From a virus: a DNA stretch of 64,000 bases. The notes under the pieces are model-generated. The model was given only the letters and a program-made list of their open reading frames with translations. It ran no database searches and had not been told where the DNA came from. Location of the stretch: IMG/VR virus record IMGVR_UViG_3300010430_000004, positions 1 through 64,000 of that record; one strand, given 5' to 3'. The position numbers were made by a program, and so were the translations under genes. Below, in pieces: positions 54,852 through 64,000 of this stretch; positions within the stretch are counted from its first letter, which is position 1, and every line of letters begins with the position of its first letter.

Positions 54852-55151
54852 TTACTTTTTTTCGTATAATCCACTAAAGAAAGCGCCAAGATCATCACCG
54901 TATGTTCTGTTTTCTTCAGCATCTTGGGGTACACAAATAGCAGGGTCCATATCAGGTGTTTCAGGAACCCACTCGGTTTTTCTTATAATATTACAGTCAT
55001 TATTTTCTTGTTTTTTCCAGATTTTCCTATGAATTATACCATTTATAGACATTCTTTGAGGTACAAACTTAGGCGCAACTGCTTCTTCATAAGCTTTTTG
55101 CTCATTTTTCTTTATTTGTTCCATTAATTCGCCAGGATATAACAATTTCAT
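54852..55151 (-). CDS. late protein with MKLLYPGEL leader (99 aa)
   Basis: True start 55151, directly after TAATCTTAAATAT (55152-64, minus strand). Confidence 0.7.
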   Translation of the reverse strand: MKLLYPGELMEQIKKNEQKAYEEAVAPKFVPQRMSINGIIHRKIWKKQENNDCNIIRKTEWVPETPDMDPAICVPQDAEENRTYGDDLGAFFSGLYEKK

Positions 55152-55186
55152 ATATTTAAGATTATTACAAATATGGCAATTATCAA

Positions 55187-55194
55187 AATCTTTA
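55187..55194 (+). promoter_or_regulatory. late promoter motif
   Basis: AATCTTTA before the tape measure gene. Confidence 0.7.
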
Positions 55195-55209
55195 ATATTT
55201 GAGGTATTG

Positions 55210-57618
55210 ATGGAAAAGAAGATTAAAGTTAGCGCAAAATTTGACATGGCAGAGTTTGACCGTGATCTGGATAGGATGAAGGACAAACTCAAAGAAATGT
55301 ACGCGCCTAGCAACCAGGCTAGACAAACAGCTCAAACAGCTCAAAGAGCCCAGTCGCAAGGCTTGGCACCGTCAGGATTTGCCCAACAAGCTCAGGGTCT
55401 ATATAAAGCTACAGCCAATCAAGATATGCAACAGCTTGATAATTATATAAAAAAACAAGCAACTTCAAACTCAGGTATCAATAAGGCCCTCGAAAACAGA
55501 ACCAAGCAACTAAAAGAACTTAAAAAAGAATATTCAGACATTATAAAGCTTGGTGAAGAGGATCTTAAACTTAAACAACAGATAGCAAAGACTGAAGCTT
55601 CAGTTAGCAGACTTAGAGAAGTAAATAATCAGAAAAATGTAAATATAAACGCTGCAATGGATGCTAGACAAGAAATTGCCAGTGGATTGCCTCAAAAAAG
55701 AGAACAAGAACGTTTATCTGGAATGAGAAGGCTAGGTACTGCTTACCAACACGGTGGAATCGGTGGAATGGGCAAGTCTGCTTTCAGGATGATGAAACAA
55801 AATCCATTCGGAGTGGCTTCAGGGGCAGCAGCACTAGTTGGCGCTGGAATTAACTTAGCTGTTCCAATAATGAGACAAGAAGACTCTGCTGAGAGAAGAA
55901 CATTAGGCGCTCAAGGTAGAGCCGTGTCAAATGCTGGTTTTATGCAAGAAAACGTTATGCAGGGCAATGGTCAAACCAATATGTTTTGGATGGGCGAGAA
56001 CAATAAGGCAATGCAAAGTGCCATAAAAGAGATGAAAGAGCAACGCAAAACAGACAACTGGAAAGTTGGAGGTGCCGCCGCCGCCGTTACTGGTGGATTA
56101 GGTATGGCAGCTACAGGTGTCGGTGCCCTTCCAGGTCTAGCATTATCAGCTGGTGGAGCCGCTTATGCTGGTTATAATTTTGTATCTGATGAAAACATGA
56201 GAAACAAAATGCTTGGTGGAATGGGCTTTAGTGGTCGTAGACAAAGATATGAATCTGGTCTTGTTGAAGGTGCCATGAGCAACTACAAAGAAAACCTTGA
56301 AAATGAAAAAAGACTGAACCCATTTAAAAGAATGGGCGAACAATACTATGATAGAAATGGTATGAGAAATTTAAAAGCTCAAAGACAGACAGGGCTCGAT
56401 GATGAAGGTATGTACGGAGAAGGTGGATTCTTAAAAAATATCCTTGGAAGTGGTTTTACTCAAGAACAAGGTATGAGCATGATGAATCAAATATCTGCTA
56501 GTGGCGGCTCAACTAGAATGTCTCAGGATCCAACCCAAGCATTAAAATATGTAAGACAAATGAACCTAACAAATGCTGGATCAGTAATGGGCAAACTCTC
56601 AGGCACTATGGGAGGCGCTGGAGAAACAGATCAAGCTACTATTAAAATATTAGCTGAAGGTATGAAACAAGGCTTAAACTCATCTGATTTTGCTGAAGAA
56701 CAACGCAAATTTGCTTCTACCGTTTCTCAGATGGTTTTTAGATCAGGGACTCAAGATGTTGAAGGTGCTCAAGGTATTGCTAAAAACTTTGCTTCTTATC
56801 TAAACGATAAAACTAGCCGTGGAATCCAAGGGGCTGAAGGTGCATACGGAATCCAACAAGGTATAAGCTCAACTAGTGGTGGAATACGAGGGGCTATTCA
56901 AGCTTCATCTATTATGAACAGTTCTTCATTGGGCAAAATGAGCCATGATCAACGCTTATCTTTTATGGATCTTAGCGAAGAAGACATTGCTGCTGGTGGA
57001 GCTGAAATAGAATCAATGGCAAAAGCAGCTGGAGTTTCAGTTGAAGAGTTTAAAAAAGAAGCAATGAAAGTCAAACGAAATGCTGTTGGCCTAAGATCTA
57101 GCACTGATGGCTATAAAGCCAAATATCAAGAAGCGATGGCTTCTGGAGATGAAGAAGGCGCTAGAGATATTATGGGTAATTATATATCTGCCTTAGCTGC
57201 TGAAGATAAAACCTTCAAAGGAAAAGGAAGATCAGAAAGAGAAGCTTTTGCCAAATCAAATTTATCAGCTACAGGTGCAGCAGCAGACGATACTGGAGTT
57301 TTAAAAGAATTAACTAAAGACTCTACTGGTAGAATAGGCGATGATACAGAAAAGTCTAGAGCAAGATCACAAGAAATTGCCCTCGATGAATTTACTAAAG
57401 TAAAAGATGAGTTACAACAAGCAGCTGAAAATGCTAGTAACATGAGTGCAGCAATGATGGAAGCACTTCAAGGTTTGGCAAATGCTGTTAAACAAGAAGG
57501 TACACAATCAGTCGAAGAGTTTGGCAAAAATCTAAAACTACTAAATGAAGAACTTAGAAAATCAAACCAATCTTCTGGATACCAACAACAGCCTACTGGT
57601 GGGAAAAGGGGTAATTAA
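55210..57618 (+). CDS. tape measure protein
   Basis: ~802 aa, helical, A/G/Q/M-rich, hydrophobic G/A stretches, upstream of hub and spike. Confidence 0.8.
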   Translation: MEKKIKVSAKFDMAEFDRDLDRMKDKLKEMYAPSNQARQTAQTAQRAQSQGLAPSGFAQQAQGLYKATANQDMQQLDNYIKKQATSNSGINKALENRTKQLKELKKEYSDIIKLGEEDLKLKQQIAKTEASVSRLREVNNQKNVNINAAMDARQEIASGLPQKREQERLSGMRRLGTAYQHGGIGGMGKSAFRMMKQNPFGVASGAAALVGAGINLAVPIMRQEDSAERRTLGAQGRAVSNAGFMQENVMQGNGQTNMFWMGENNKAMQSAIKEMKEQRKTDNWKVGGAAAAVTGGLGMAATGVGALPGLALSAGGAAYAGYNFVSDENMRNKMLGGMGFSGRRQRYESGLVEGAMSNYKENLENEKRLNPFKRMGEQYYDRNGMRNLKAQRQTGLDDEGMYGEGGFLKNILGSGFTQEQGMSMMNQISASGGSTRMSQDPTQALKYVRQMNLTNAGSVMGKLSGTMGGAGETDQATIKILAEGMKQGLNSSDFAEEQRKFASTVSQMVFRSGTQDVEGAQGIAKNFASYLNDKTSRGIQGAEGAYGIQQGISSTSGGIRGAIQASSIMNSSSLGKMSHDQRLSFMDLSEEDIAAGGAEIESMAKAAGVSVEEFKKEAMKVKRNAVGLRSSTDGYKAKYQEAMASGDEEGARDIMGNYISALAAEDKTFKGKGRSEREAFAKSNLSATGAAADDTGVLKELTKDSTGRIGDDTEKSRARSQEIALDEFTKVKDELQQAAENASNMSAAMMEALQGLANAVKQEGTQSVEEFGKNLKLLNEELRKSNQSSGYQQQPTGGKRGN

Positions 57619-59447
57619 TGAGTAAGGCTTATACTTACAACATTACTCAAAACTCAAAGACTCCAGATGGACAATTTGATAGTCATCAAGTTAGTGCAGG
57701 GTGTGTCCTTACTTTTCTTAGATGGGAAAATAGAGACCCATTAAGATACCCTCAACTAGACCCTAAAAAAACCAGAGAGCCCCTTGTAGTAGAAAATGAC
57801 TGTGTTCAATTATCAGTTTCTGAAACTAAAGACGGATTAACTGGTTCAGTTCAGGCTACTTTACTTTCAGGCGATATAAACTATAGAACAGCCATAGCTC
57901 CTGGAGATTTTCTATTCGTAAATATCCTAAATTGGACAGAATCTACTGATAGAAAAATTACAACAGCAAAAACAGTTGCTGCTCGTGCTAGAAATTTACA
58001 GCCAATAAATAGATTCGGAGATGGATTTAAGGGTTTATACAAAGTACAAAATGTTAGAAAAGGCTTAAGAACGAACCCAGATGGAACCAAACAACTTGTT
58101 TATTTTATAAATGCTTTTTCTTTTACTGAATTTAATAATAAAATGTATTTTAATCCTTTCCTTCTAACTGCTGGTGATGCTTCAAATGATTTGCTATTTG
58201 TTTCTAGAATATCTGATCAATGGCAAAAAATAGTAAGCAACAAATCTGAAAAAAATATTCAAAACATTATAAAGTTATTCATCACAGCCTTTCTCGGAGA
58301 GGGCCTTTCAGATGAGGGCAAAAAAGTTAAAGGTATACTTAAATCACCCAATGATCTTTTCTTTATGCCACAAGAAGTTGGGAAACTTTTAGGTCTTCCA
58401 TCTGTTAAAAAAGCAGCAGACATATATAATTATTTAATGGGTATTCAAAAATACTCAAACACTTCTGGCAAGGCTACTCCACAGAATGGTTTAAATCCAA
58501 CAATAGGAAAAGTTTCTGGAAGATTTTTCGAAACCGCTGCAGGACAAATTGATGGCATATCCATTGTAAAGCCAGAGTATTGGAATCAAAAACAAGTATT
58601 TTCTATTATAAGGGAATATCTGAATAGCGTACTAAATGAATGTTACACTACTCACAGAGTAGATCCAAATGGTAGAGTAATGCCAACTATGGTATTCAGA
58701 CAAAAACCCTTTACTACTGAACATTATAATGGCCCACTATCTTCTAAGGCCACTAGATTCTTTAATTTACCTAGATGGAAGGTAGACCCCTCAATGATTC
58801 TTGGTGATTTAAATCTTGGAGCTGAAGAGGCCGCTAGGATTAATTTTGTACAAGTATTTGGGCGATCTATCGTTATTAATGTAGAAGGAAATATTTCTGA
58901 TCAAATAGCAAAGGGCAACTATGTTTTTGATCAAGCAGATATACAAAGAAATGGTTTGAAGCCGTATATAGCTACAAGTAATTTTGATTTTCCAGAAAAC
59001 AGAGATCCTAAAGGTACCAAAGCTCCACAGTGGACAAAATTAATAGCAGATATGCTTATAGGTGGACACCTTAAAGAAAACGGATCGATACCTTTAGTTG
59101 GCATTACAGAGCCTATTCCAGTAGGTGACAATATGGAACTTGATGGCATTGTATATCACATGGAAGCTGTAACTCATACTTATTTTATTGACCCTGAAGG
59201 TTTTAAAACTTTTAGAACAAATGTTCAAGTTTCTAATGGGGTAGATCTTAGAAGCAATGCTACTGCTCCTTTTTATCCCGAAATGGAACATACAGACGCA
59301 TTTACCCAAAAACTAGAAGATGCTGTTAGAAATAAATTATTGCCAGGATTTTCTGATACACAAAATATTCCAGGAAGAACTGAAGGCGAAGAAATCAAAG
59401 AAACTGGTCAAAAAAGCTTTGACCCTTTAAATAGGAAAAAACGATGA
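57618..59447 (+). CDS. baseplate hub-like protein
   Basis: After the TMP; LNE.Y ... P.MVFRQKPF ... RNGL ... G.I.L.G..EPI.VG...E.V.H. Confidence 0.7.
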   Translation: MSKAYTYNITQNSKTPDGQFDSHQVSAGCVLTFLRWENRDPLRYPQLDPKKTREPLVVENDCVQLSVSETKDGLTGSVQATLLSGDINYRTAIAPGDFLFVNILNWTESTDRKITTAKTVAARARNLQPINRFGDGFKGLYKVQNVRKGLRTNPDGTKQLVYFINAFSFTEFNNKMYFNPFLLTAGDASNDLLFVSRISDQWQKIVSNKSEKNIQNIIKLFITAFLGEGLSDEGKKVKGILKSPNDLFFMPQEVGKLLGLPSVKKAADIYNYLMGIQKYSNTSGKATPQNGLNPTIGKVSGRFFETAAGQIDGISIVKPEYWNQKQVFSIIREYLNSVLNECYTTHRVDPNGRVMPTMVFRQKPFTTEHYNGPLSSKATRFFNLPRWKVDPSMILGDLNLGAEEAARINFVQVFGRSIVINVEGNISDQIAKGNYVFDQADIQRNGLKPYIATSNFDFPENRDPKGTKAPQWTKLIADMLIGGHLKENGSIPLVGITEPIPVGDNMELDGIVYHMEAVTHTYFIDPEGFKTFRTNVQVSNGVDLRSNATAPFYPEMEHTDAFTQKLEDAVRNKLLPGFSDTQNIPGRTEGEEIKETGQKSFDPLNRKKR

Positions 59448-60499
59448 ATTTACCAGGCGGTTCAGTATTAAATTCGGCACTTCTTAGCCAAGAAGATGCT
59501 GAAATGGTTTCGGCTCACAATGCCACCTACAAAAACTTTGGTTTAAAGGCTGGCATTGTCACTAAGGTCTATGAATCTGATGATGAGTCCAATCTTTCAA
59601 AACTAGGCCCAGAATATGATGTTCTAGTTATTGAACAAGATGCCGATAGGAGTATTTCTGCTATCCAATATAAAAATTGTATAATGGCAGATACCTTTGG
59701 TTCTATTGCTGATTTTTTTGAATATAAATTAAGAGCCCAAACAAAAGAAGAGGGTGATTCTGGAAGAAACCCTGAAAAACAAAACGGTGCTATTGTTCTA
59801 ATGCTTTGCCTTGATGGGGCTTCAGAAAAAGGGATTATTCTTAAAGCACTAAAACATCCATCTAGAAAAGAAACTCTTGATAAAGATAAAGATATTCATA
59901 TGCAAGGGGAGTTTAATGGTTTAAATGTTACCGTGGATAAAGATGGCGCATTTAAATTAACATTTAAAGGCCCTAGAGACAATGATGGCGAGTATTCTAA
60001 AAAGGACAAAGAAGCTGGAACTTTTCTAGAAATAGATAAGGCTGGTAATGTAGCCCTAGATATGAATAACGACAAAGAGACTTCTGTAAAAGTTAGCAAA
60101 GAAGACGAAAAAATAACAACTACTTCTGAAAAAGAAACAGAAATAAATGCTGGAAAAGATATTACAGCAAAATCCAAAGAAAGTATAAATCTGGAAGCTG
60201 GAAAAGATTTCGCGTTTGCTGCTGGTGGAAAGGCCAACTTTAAAGCCGATAGCAAGTTCGATATAGAGTCTGGTGGAGATCTTAGTATGAAAGCGGCAAG
60301 TCTTAAAGCTACTATAGATGGACAGATTCAATTTCAAGGGTCACAAATAACCCTGCAAGGAATGACTTTTTTAGGAAGCGCAGGGGGCACACCAGCTTTA
60401 ATTGGAACGACTCAATTCTTAGGGACAGGAAACGTTGGGGCACCAGTAATCTCTTTGGCTATCGGTCCTTTTAGTAGCCAAGTCTTTGTTGCACCATAG
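59444..60499 (+). CDS. baseplate spike (gp5/gpV-like)
   Basis: N-terminal OB-like part, C-terminal short beta-repeat region. Confidence 0.75.
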   Translation: MNLPGGSVLNSALLSQEDAEMVSAHNATYKNFGLKAGIVTKVYESDDESNLSKLGPEYDVLVIEQDADRSISAIQYKNCIMADTFGSIADFFEYKLRAQTKEEGDSGRNPEKQNGAIVLMLCLDGASEKGIILKALKHPSRKETLDKDKDIHMQGEFNGLNVTVDKDGAFKLTFKGPRDNDGEYSKKDKEAGTFLEIDKAGNVALDMNNDKETSVKVSKEDEKITTTSEKETEINAGKDITAKSKESINLEAGKDFAFAAGGKANFKADSKFDIESGGDLSMKAASLKATIDGQIQFQGSQITLQGMTFLGSAGGTPALIGTTQFLGTGNVGAPVISLAIGPFSSQVFVAP

Positions 60500-60539
60500 G
60501 ATGCCTGTGAAACAGTTGTATATCAGATATATAGTTTTA

Positions 60540-60725
60540 ATGGAAGGCAGCATGGTCAAGGTAGGCCAAGAATACCATTGGAGCGTTGACGAAGTTAAAC
60601 ATATTAAACAAGGACTAGAAAACAAAATAGAAGCTAAAATAGAAAGAGAAACCAATGAAATCCGACAAGCCATGTACGAATTGCAACTTGGGTCATTAGA
60701 AATACAAGAGGTAACTTTCCATTGA
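60540..60725 (+). CDS. hypothetical protein
   Basis: Short + strand ORF, start uncertain. Confidence 0.4.
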   Translation: MEGSMVKVGQEYHWSVDEVKHIKQGLENKIEAKIERETNEIRQAMYELQLGSLEIQEVTFH

Positions 60726-61039
60726 GTAGAGGCAATATAAGAGCATTATGTGAATTTTTTGAAATGAACCCCAAAGATTTTGGGCTTGAGGACGAAGAGT
60801 ATTCTACAAAAGATGTGTTAAAATATGGTTCCGTAAATTGTAACGTAGACATTTCTAAAAAAGTAACTATACCTATAGCACTTAGTAGAAAATATAAATT
60901 TTACAATAAGATGGAAAGTCAAAGATATATGCGTGATATGGGCACTCAATCTAACGCTATATATGCAGATGAAGCTTATGAATACAATGAGAAGGCAAAT
61001 GAATACAATATAGTCCCAGAAGACTATGGATCTGATTGA
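60722..61039 (+). CDS. hypothetical protein
   Basis: GAGG RBS, TTG start overlapping the upstream stop. Confidence 0.5.
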   Translation: MSRGNIRALCEFFEMNPKDFGLEDEEYSTKDVLKYGSVNCNVDISKKVTIPIALSRKYKFYNKMESQRYMRDMGTQSNAIYADEAYEYNEKANEYNIVPEDYGSD

Positions 61040-61065
61040 TCGATATTATATTTATTGGAGAATAG

Positions 61066-62388
61066 ATGGCACTTAGTAAAGATGAAAGAATAGCAATATC
61101 AAAAAAAATAGTTAGTATTCCTATAGAGAATAAGAACTCTGATAATACTACTAAACAACTTGAAGCTGTTCTTGTTGACGCTCAAACTAAGGATACTTCT
61201 AATAAGGGCCTAATTGAAAGGCTTGACCCAAAAATAAATAGTTATCAAAATGAAAAAGAAATTTTAGACGGTGCCACTCTTTTAGAGTTGTCTGAGCAAA
61301 ACATTGTAGACGCTGCTAATAAAAAATTACAAAACTTTTTCTTTCCAAATGATTCTACAGTTCCACTTCCAAGTGTACCAGATGGGATTTGGAAAAACTT
61401 TCAATCATTTTCAGGCACTGTTGCTATTGGTAGAAAATACACAGAAGACAATGATACCCAAGACAATGAACAACAGGCAATAGTTGATATATTAGCTTTA
61501 ATAGCTACAGCTGAATCTAATACAGATGTAACCAGGGTTACAGGAGAATCCTGTACTACCGAGCCTATTCCACCTCCACCAACAGATACAGTAGATGATG
61601 ATCCTGTCATACAACAGCTACTAGTAGATTTAAAAGCTAGAGTAGACAATTTGCAAAGCTTTCATGTTTTACAAAAAGCGGCAATTAGTGGAAATCCAGA
61701 CACTGACTCTGGCAATCAAGTAGAGAATCAAACAGCTGATGATGATATAGACAATAATATAACACCAGCATTAACTACTTGGGAAGCATATCAAGACTTT
61801 GACCCTCAAGGTGGAACAAGTTGTACATCTTTTAATTCTATAGATATAAATACTTTAGCAGACACTAAATTAAAACCAGCAATGCTTTCTGCTCTAAAAA
61901 CAGCAATTCAAACAAGGCAGACTTTTGTAGCTACTAGGGTATCGCAAATAGCAGGCAATCTAGGTGGAGTCACCCAAGCAGCAAACGGAGATATAAACGC
62001 CACTACTGGTTTTTATGGTGAACGTTTTAGACTTATAGAGCTTAGGTTGAATTTAATGAATGGCTCTTTAAATACGGTTACAGGGCTTACTAAAGCCATT
62101 GATGCCCAAGGGCAAGCAAAGAAAAGCAATGAAAATGCTGCAATAGCCTATTCTAGTGTTATCTCTGTTTCCTCTATAACGTCCAAAACAAACGGTTCAC
62201 GATATGTCAATGTCAAAGATGCTTCAATATTTTCTATAAAAGACGTTGTATATATTAAAGCGGTAGGAAAGCCGGAAATACAAACCAGCATAGTTGGTAA
62301 GGTTGGGAATAGACTAGAAGTAGCTAAGAATATCACCCAAGGTTATAATCTGGAAAATTTAGGAAGAGTATATAAAGATCTTACTTAG
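61066..62388 (+). CDS. hypothetical baseplate-region protein
   Basis: 440 aa, coiled coil plus C-terminal small beta domain. Confidence 0.65.
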   Translation: MALSKDERIAISKKIVSIPIENKNSDNTTKQLEAVLVDAQTKDTSNKGLIERLDPKINSYQNEKEILDGATLLELSEQNIVDAANKKLQNFFFPNDSTVPLPSVPDGIWKNFQSFSGTVAIGRKYTEDNDTQDNEQQAIVDILALIATAESNTDVTRVTGESCTTEPIPPPPTDTVDDDPVIQQLLVDLKARVDNLQSFHVLQKAAISGNPDTDSGNQVENQTADDDIDNNITPALTTWEAYQDFDPQGGTSCTSFNSIDINTLADTKLKPAMLSALKTAIQTRQTFVATRVSQIAGNLGGVTQAANGDINATTGFYGERFRLIELRLNLMNGSLNTVTGLTKAIDAQGQAKKSNENAAIAYSSVISVSSITSKTNGSRYVNVKDASIFSIKDVVYIKAVGKPEIQTSIVGKVGNRLEVAKNITQGYNLENLGRVYKDLT

Positions 62389-63202
62389 TAGGACCACAAA
62401 GCACTCTGTGCATTCTGTGTCCACTTTTAATAAATTGCCTAACACACTTTAAACCAGTCTGCTCTTCACATCTATCGTTATCTTTTACCCATTTAAGTTG
62501 ATCATTGTCGTGCTTTGTCCATGGCAATTCAGTAAGGTTCTTTTTCTTAGTTTCTGGACAATCACTGTCTTCTTCATTTTCTATTTTGGATGCCATAGAT
62601 TTTAGAATATTTCTAGCATTTGTATTTTTTATATTATACTTACTAGGGTTAAAAAGCTCTTCCATATAATATTTTCTGTGTTTCTTTAAACATTTATCAC
62701 TAAACATATAAGGGTGCATAATACTTGCTGGGCATCCATCTTTTAAATAGCCCTTTTTTTCAAAAACACCTAAGCTAAATAGAAAATTTTCAATTTTGTA
62801 TTCAATAGTTCCATCATCTTCTTTTATATCTGTATGGCCCCTAAATAAAGTACAATGACCAAGCTCATGGAAAATTAAAGCTTCCCTACCAGTCTCGCTC
62901 AACCACTTCCAATAGTAATCATCAATGGTTACTCTTTTAAAAAAATATTCACACAAGCCAACTGTGCTAGAATCATCTTCAGGATCAGAATATCCCAAGG
63001 TGCCGAAAACTGTATGATTTCTTATTTTAAGCCAAGGTCTTTTGCTTAATTTTAAAAATTTATCAATATGGGGAATAAACTCTTGATCTGCATAAAAGAT
63101 AGGTGTTACCTTTTTCATGCTAGGGGTAACTGTTACTGTAGAGCAACAAGGGCCAACTGCGAATACTAAAAAAATATAAAGTAAGACTCTTCTCATAACC
63201 AT
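62381..63202 (-). CDS. secreted/lipoprotein zinc metallopeptidase
   Basis: Signal peptide; LIFHELGHC.L.R.H ... CPASIM; start may be 63196. Confidence 0.8.
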   Translation of the reverse strand: MVMRRVLLYIFLVFAVGPCCSTVTVTPSMKKVTPIFYADQEFIPHIDKFLKLSKRPWLKIRNHTVFGTLGYSDPEDDSSTVGLCEYFFKRVTIDDYYWKWLSETGREALIFHELGHCTLFRGHTDIKEDDGTIEYKIENFLFSLGVFEKKGYLKDGCPASIMHPYMFSDKCLKKHRKYYMEELFNPSKYNIKNTNARNILKSMASKIENEEDSDCPETKKKNLTELPWTKHDNDQLKWVKDNDRCEEQTGLKCVRQFIKSGHRMHRVLCGPTK

Positions 63203-63207
63203 TAATA

Positions 63208-63567
63208 TCAGGCCATTGTGTAAGTTACTTTAATAGTTTCAGCTCCTGGATTGATTATTTCAAAACTAGTGATTGTTAATTTAGACAAAAAACTAGCCTT
63301 TAATTTGCTAGATCCTGCAAGTAGACGTTTAACACTAACAGCACCAAGGCCGTTAATGTCAATATCAAAGTCAGAATCACTTTCTATATAAATGAGTTTA
63401 TCTTCAGCAGTTCCTGTAAAAATAACAGAACTTGTAGCTGTAGCTAATTCTAATGTCTCTTTCTTAATGTCGCCTGCATCAGCGCCGCTCACTCCTTGGC
63501 ATATTTGGACTTTATCACAGTCAGTGTTGGTGAGTTCGATGTTCAGACTAATTTTGGCTTTTGACAT
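63208..63567 (-). CDS. hypothetical late (virion) protein
   Basis: Late motif TAATCTTTA at 63594-602 (minus); beta-rich. Confidence 0.6.
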   Translation of the reverse strand: MSKAKISLNIELTNTDCDKVQICQGVSGADAGDIKKETLELATATSSVIFTGTAEDKLIYIESDSDFDIDINGLGAVSVKRLLAGSSKLKASFLSKLTITSFEIINPGAETIKVTYTMA

Positions 63568-63620
63568 TTATTTACCCCATTTAGCATAAAAATTAAAGAT
63601 TAATATTTGCTCCACGTCAA

Positions 63621-63628
63621 AATCTTTA
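63621..63628 (+). promoter_or_regulatory. late promoter motif
   Basis: AATCTTTA, then GAGG, ATG 63644. Confidence 0.7.
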
Positions 63629-63643
63629 TATAGAGGTAACTAA

Positions 63644-64000
63644 ATGAGCTTTTTTGATGACGTACTAGCTGAAGGTAGAAAGGCACTATCTTCTCTAAAA
63701 GATAGGCAAGCAGACACTCCTGGAAGTGGTGGCAAGCCAACTGTGCCTTGGGGCTCTACAAATCCTGGAGAAGTTTTCTTCAAAGCTCCTGAAATTAAAG
63801 GAGAAAACTGGAATAAGTTTTTCCCATATAGATTAATGGTTATCGACATTAGAAACAATACACCTATTAGTTCAGGCTCTGCTGTAAGAAAGAGCATAGA
63901 ATCTCAAGAAGTTGACGGTAGAACCACCATAACTGTACAACCTATGGGAAATACTTGGGTTTATACCTTTCCTATATCTCCTCAAAGACTTAATATTTCT
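63644..64000 (+). CDS. partial ORF, probable tail/baseplate protein
   Basis: MSFFDDVLAEG...YTFPISPQRLNIS open to the window end. Confidence 0.6.
   Translation, partial: MSFFDDVLAEGRKALSSLKDRQADTPGSGGKPTVPWGSTNPGEVFFKAPEIKGENWNKFFPYRLMVIDIRNNTPISSGSAVRKSIESQEVDGRTTITVQPMGNTWVYTFPISPQRLNIS

Noticed and set aside
54852-55313. 153-aa ORF as called in the track
   Set aside because: The 5' part overlaps the tape measure gene and two promoters; the real start is 55151
106-63897. Many antisense or alternate-frame ORFs in the track (for example 13515-14048, 32636-33055, 59896-60255)
   Set aside because: Shadows of codon-biased genes, S/F/L-rich and without RBS

Overview
AT-rich segment of a large contractile-tailed dsDNA phage; the capsid and sheath are of the SPO1/Twort (Herelleviridae-like) type. 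No host genes, CRISPR array or integrase were seen. Layout: (i) 0.1-28 kb, head, neck, sheath, tube and fibre genes on +, interrupted by two minus-strand cassettes (AAA ATPase; dTMP kinase + 2OG-Fe(II) oxygenase + divergent thymidylate-synthase homologue). (ii) 28-44.3 kb, minus-strand early/replication block (SF2 helicase, ClpP, DnaB-like helicase, iteron-like repeats, collagen-like lipoprotein, kinase-like protein, small acidic proteins). (iii) 44.3-45.2 kb, non-coding divergence point. (iv) 45.2-54.9 kb, + strand accessory block rich in structured RNA (one hammerhead ribozyme, two aberrant tRNA-like elements, a pseudoknot and several closed leaders). (v) 55.2-64 kb, tape measure and baseplate. 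Four promoter classes can be read directly from the DNA: sigma28/FliA-type and sigma70-type early promoters, both tied to one palindromic operator, a YGATAYTA putative middle motif and a (T)AATCTTTA late motif. Highlights: the FliA-driven early programme (suggesting a flagellated, possibly Bdellovibrionota predator host; inference), a dnaX-type -1 frameshift in a protein carrying a degenerate mCpol-like domain, a shared N-terminal capsid-targeting-like peptide, a candidate base-modification cassette, and the promoter-linked ncRNA/ribozyme array. All family calls come from motif recognition by eye; no database search was run.
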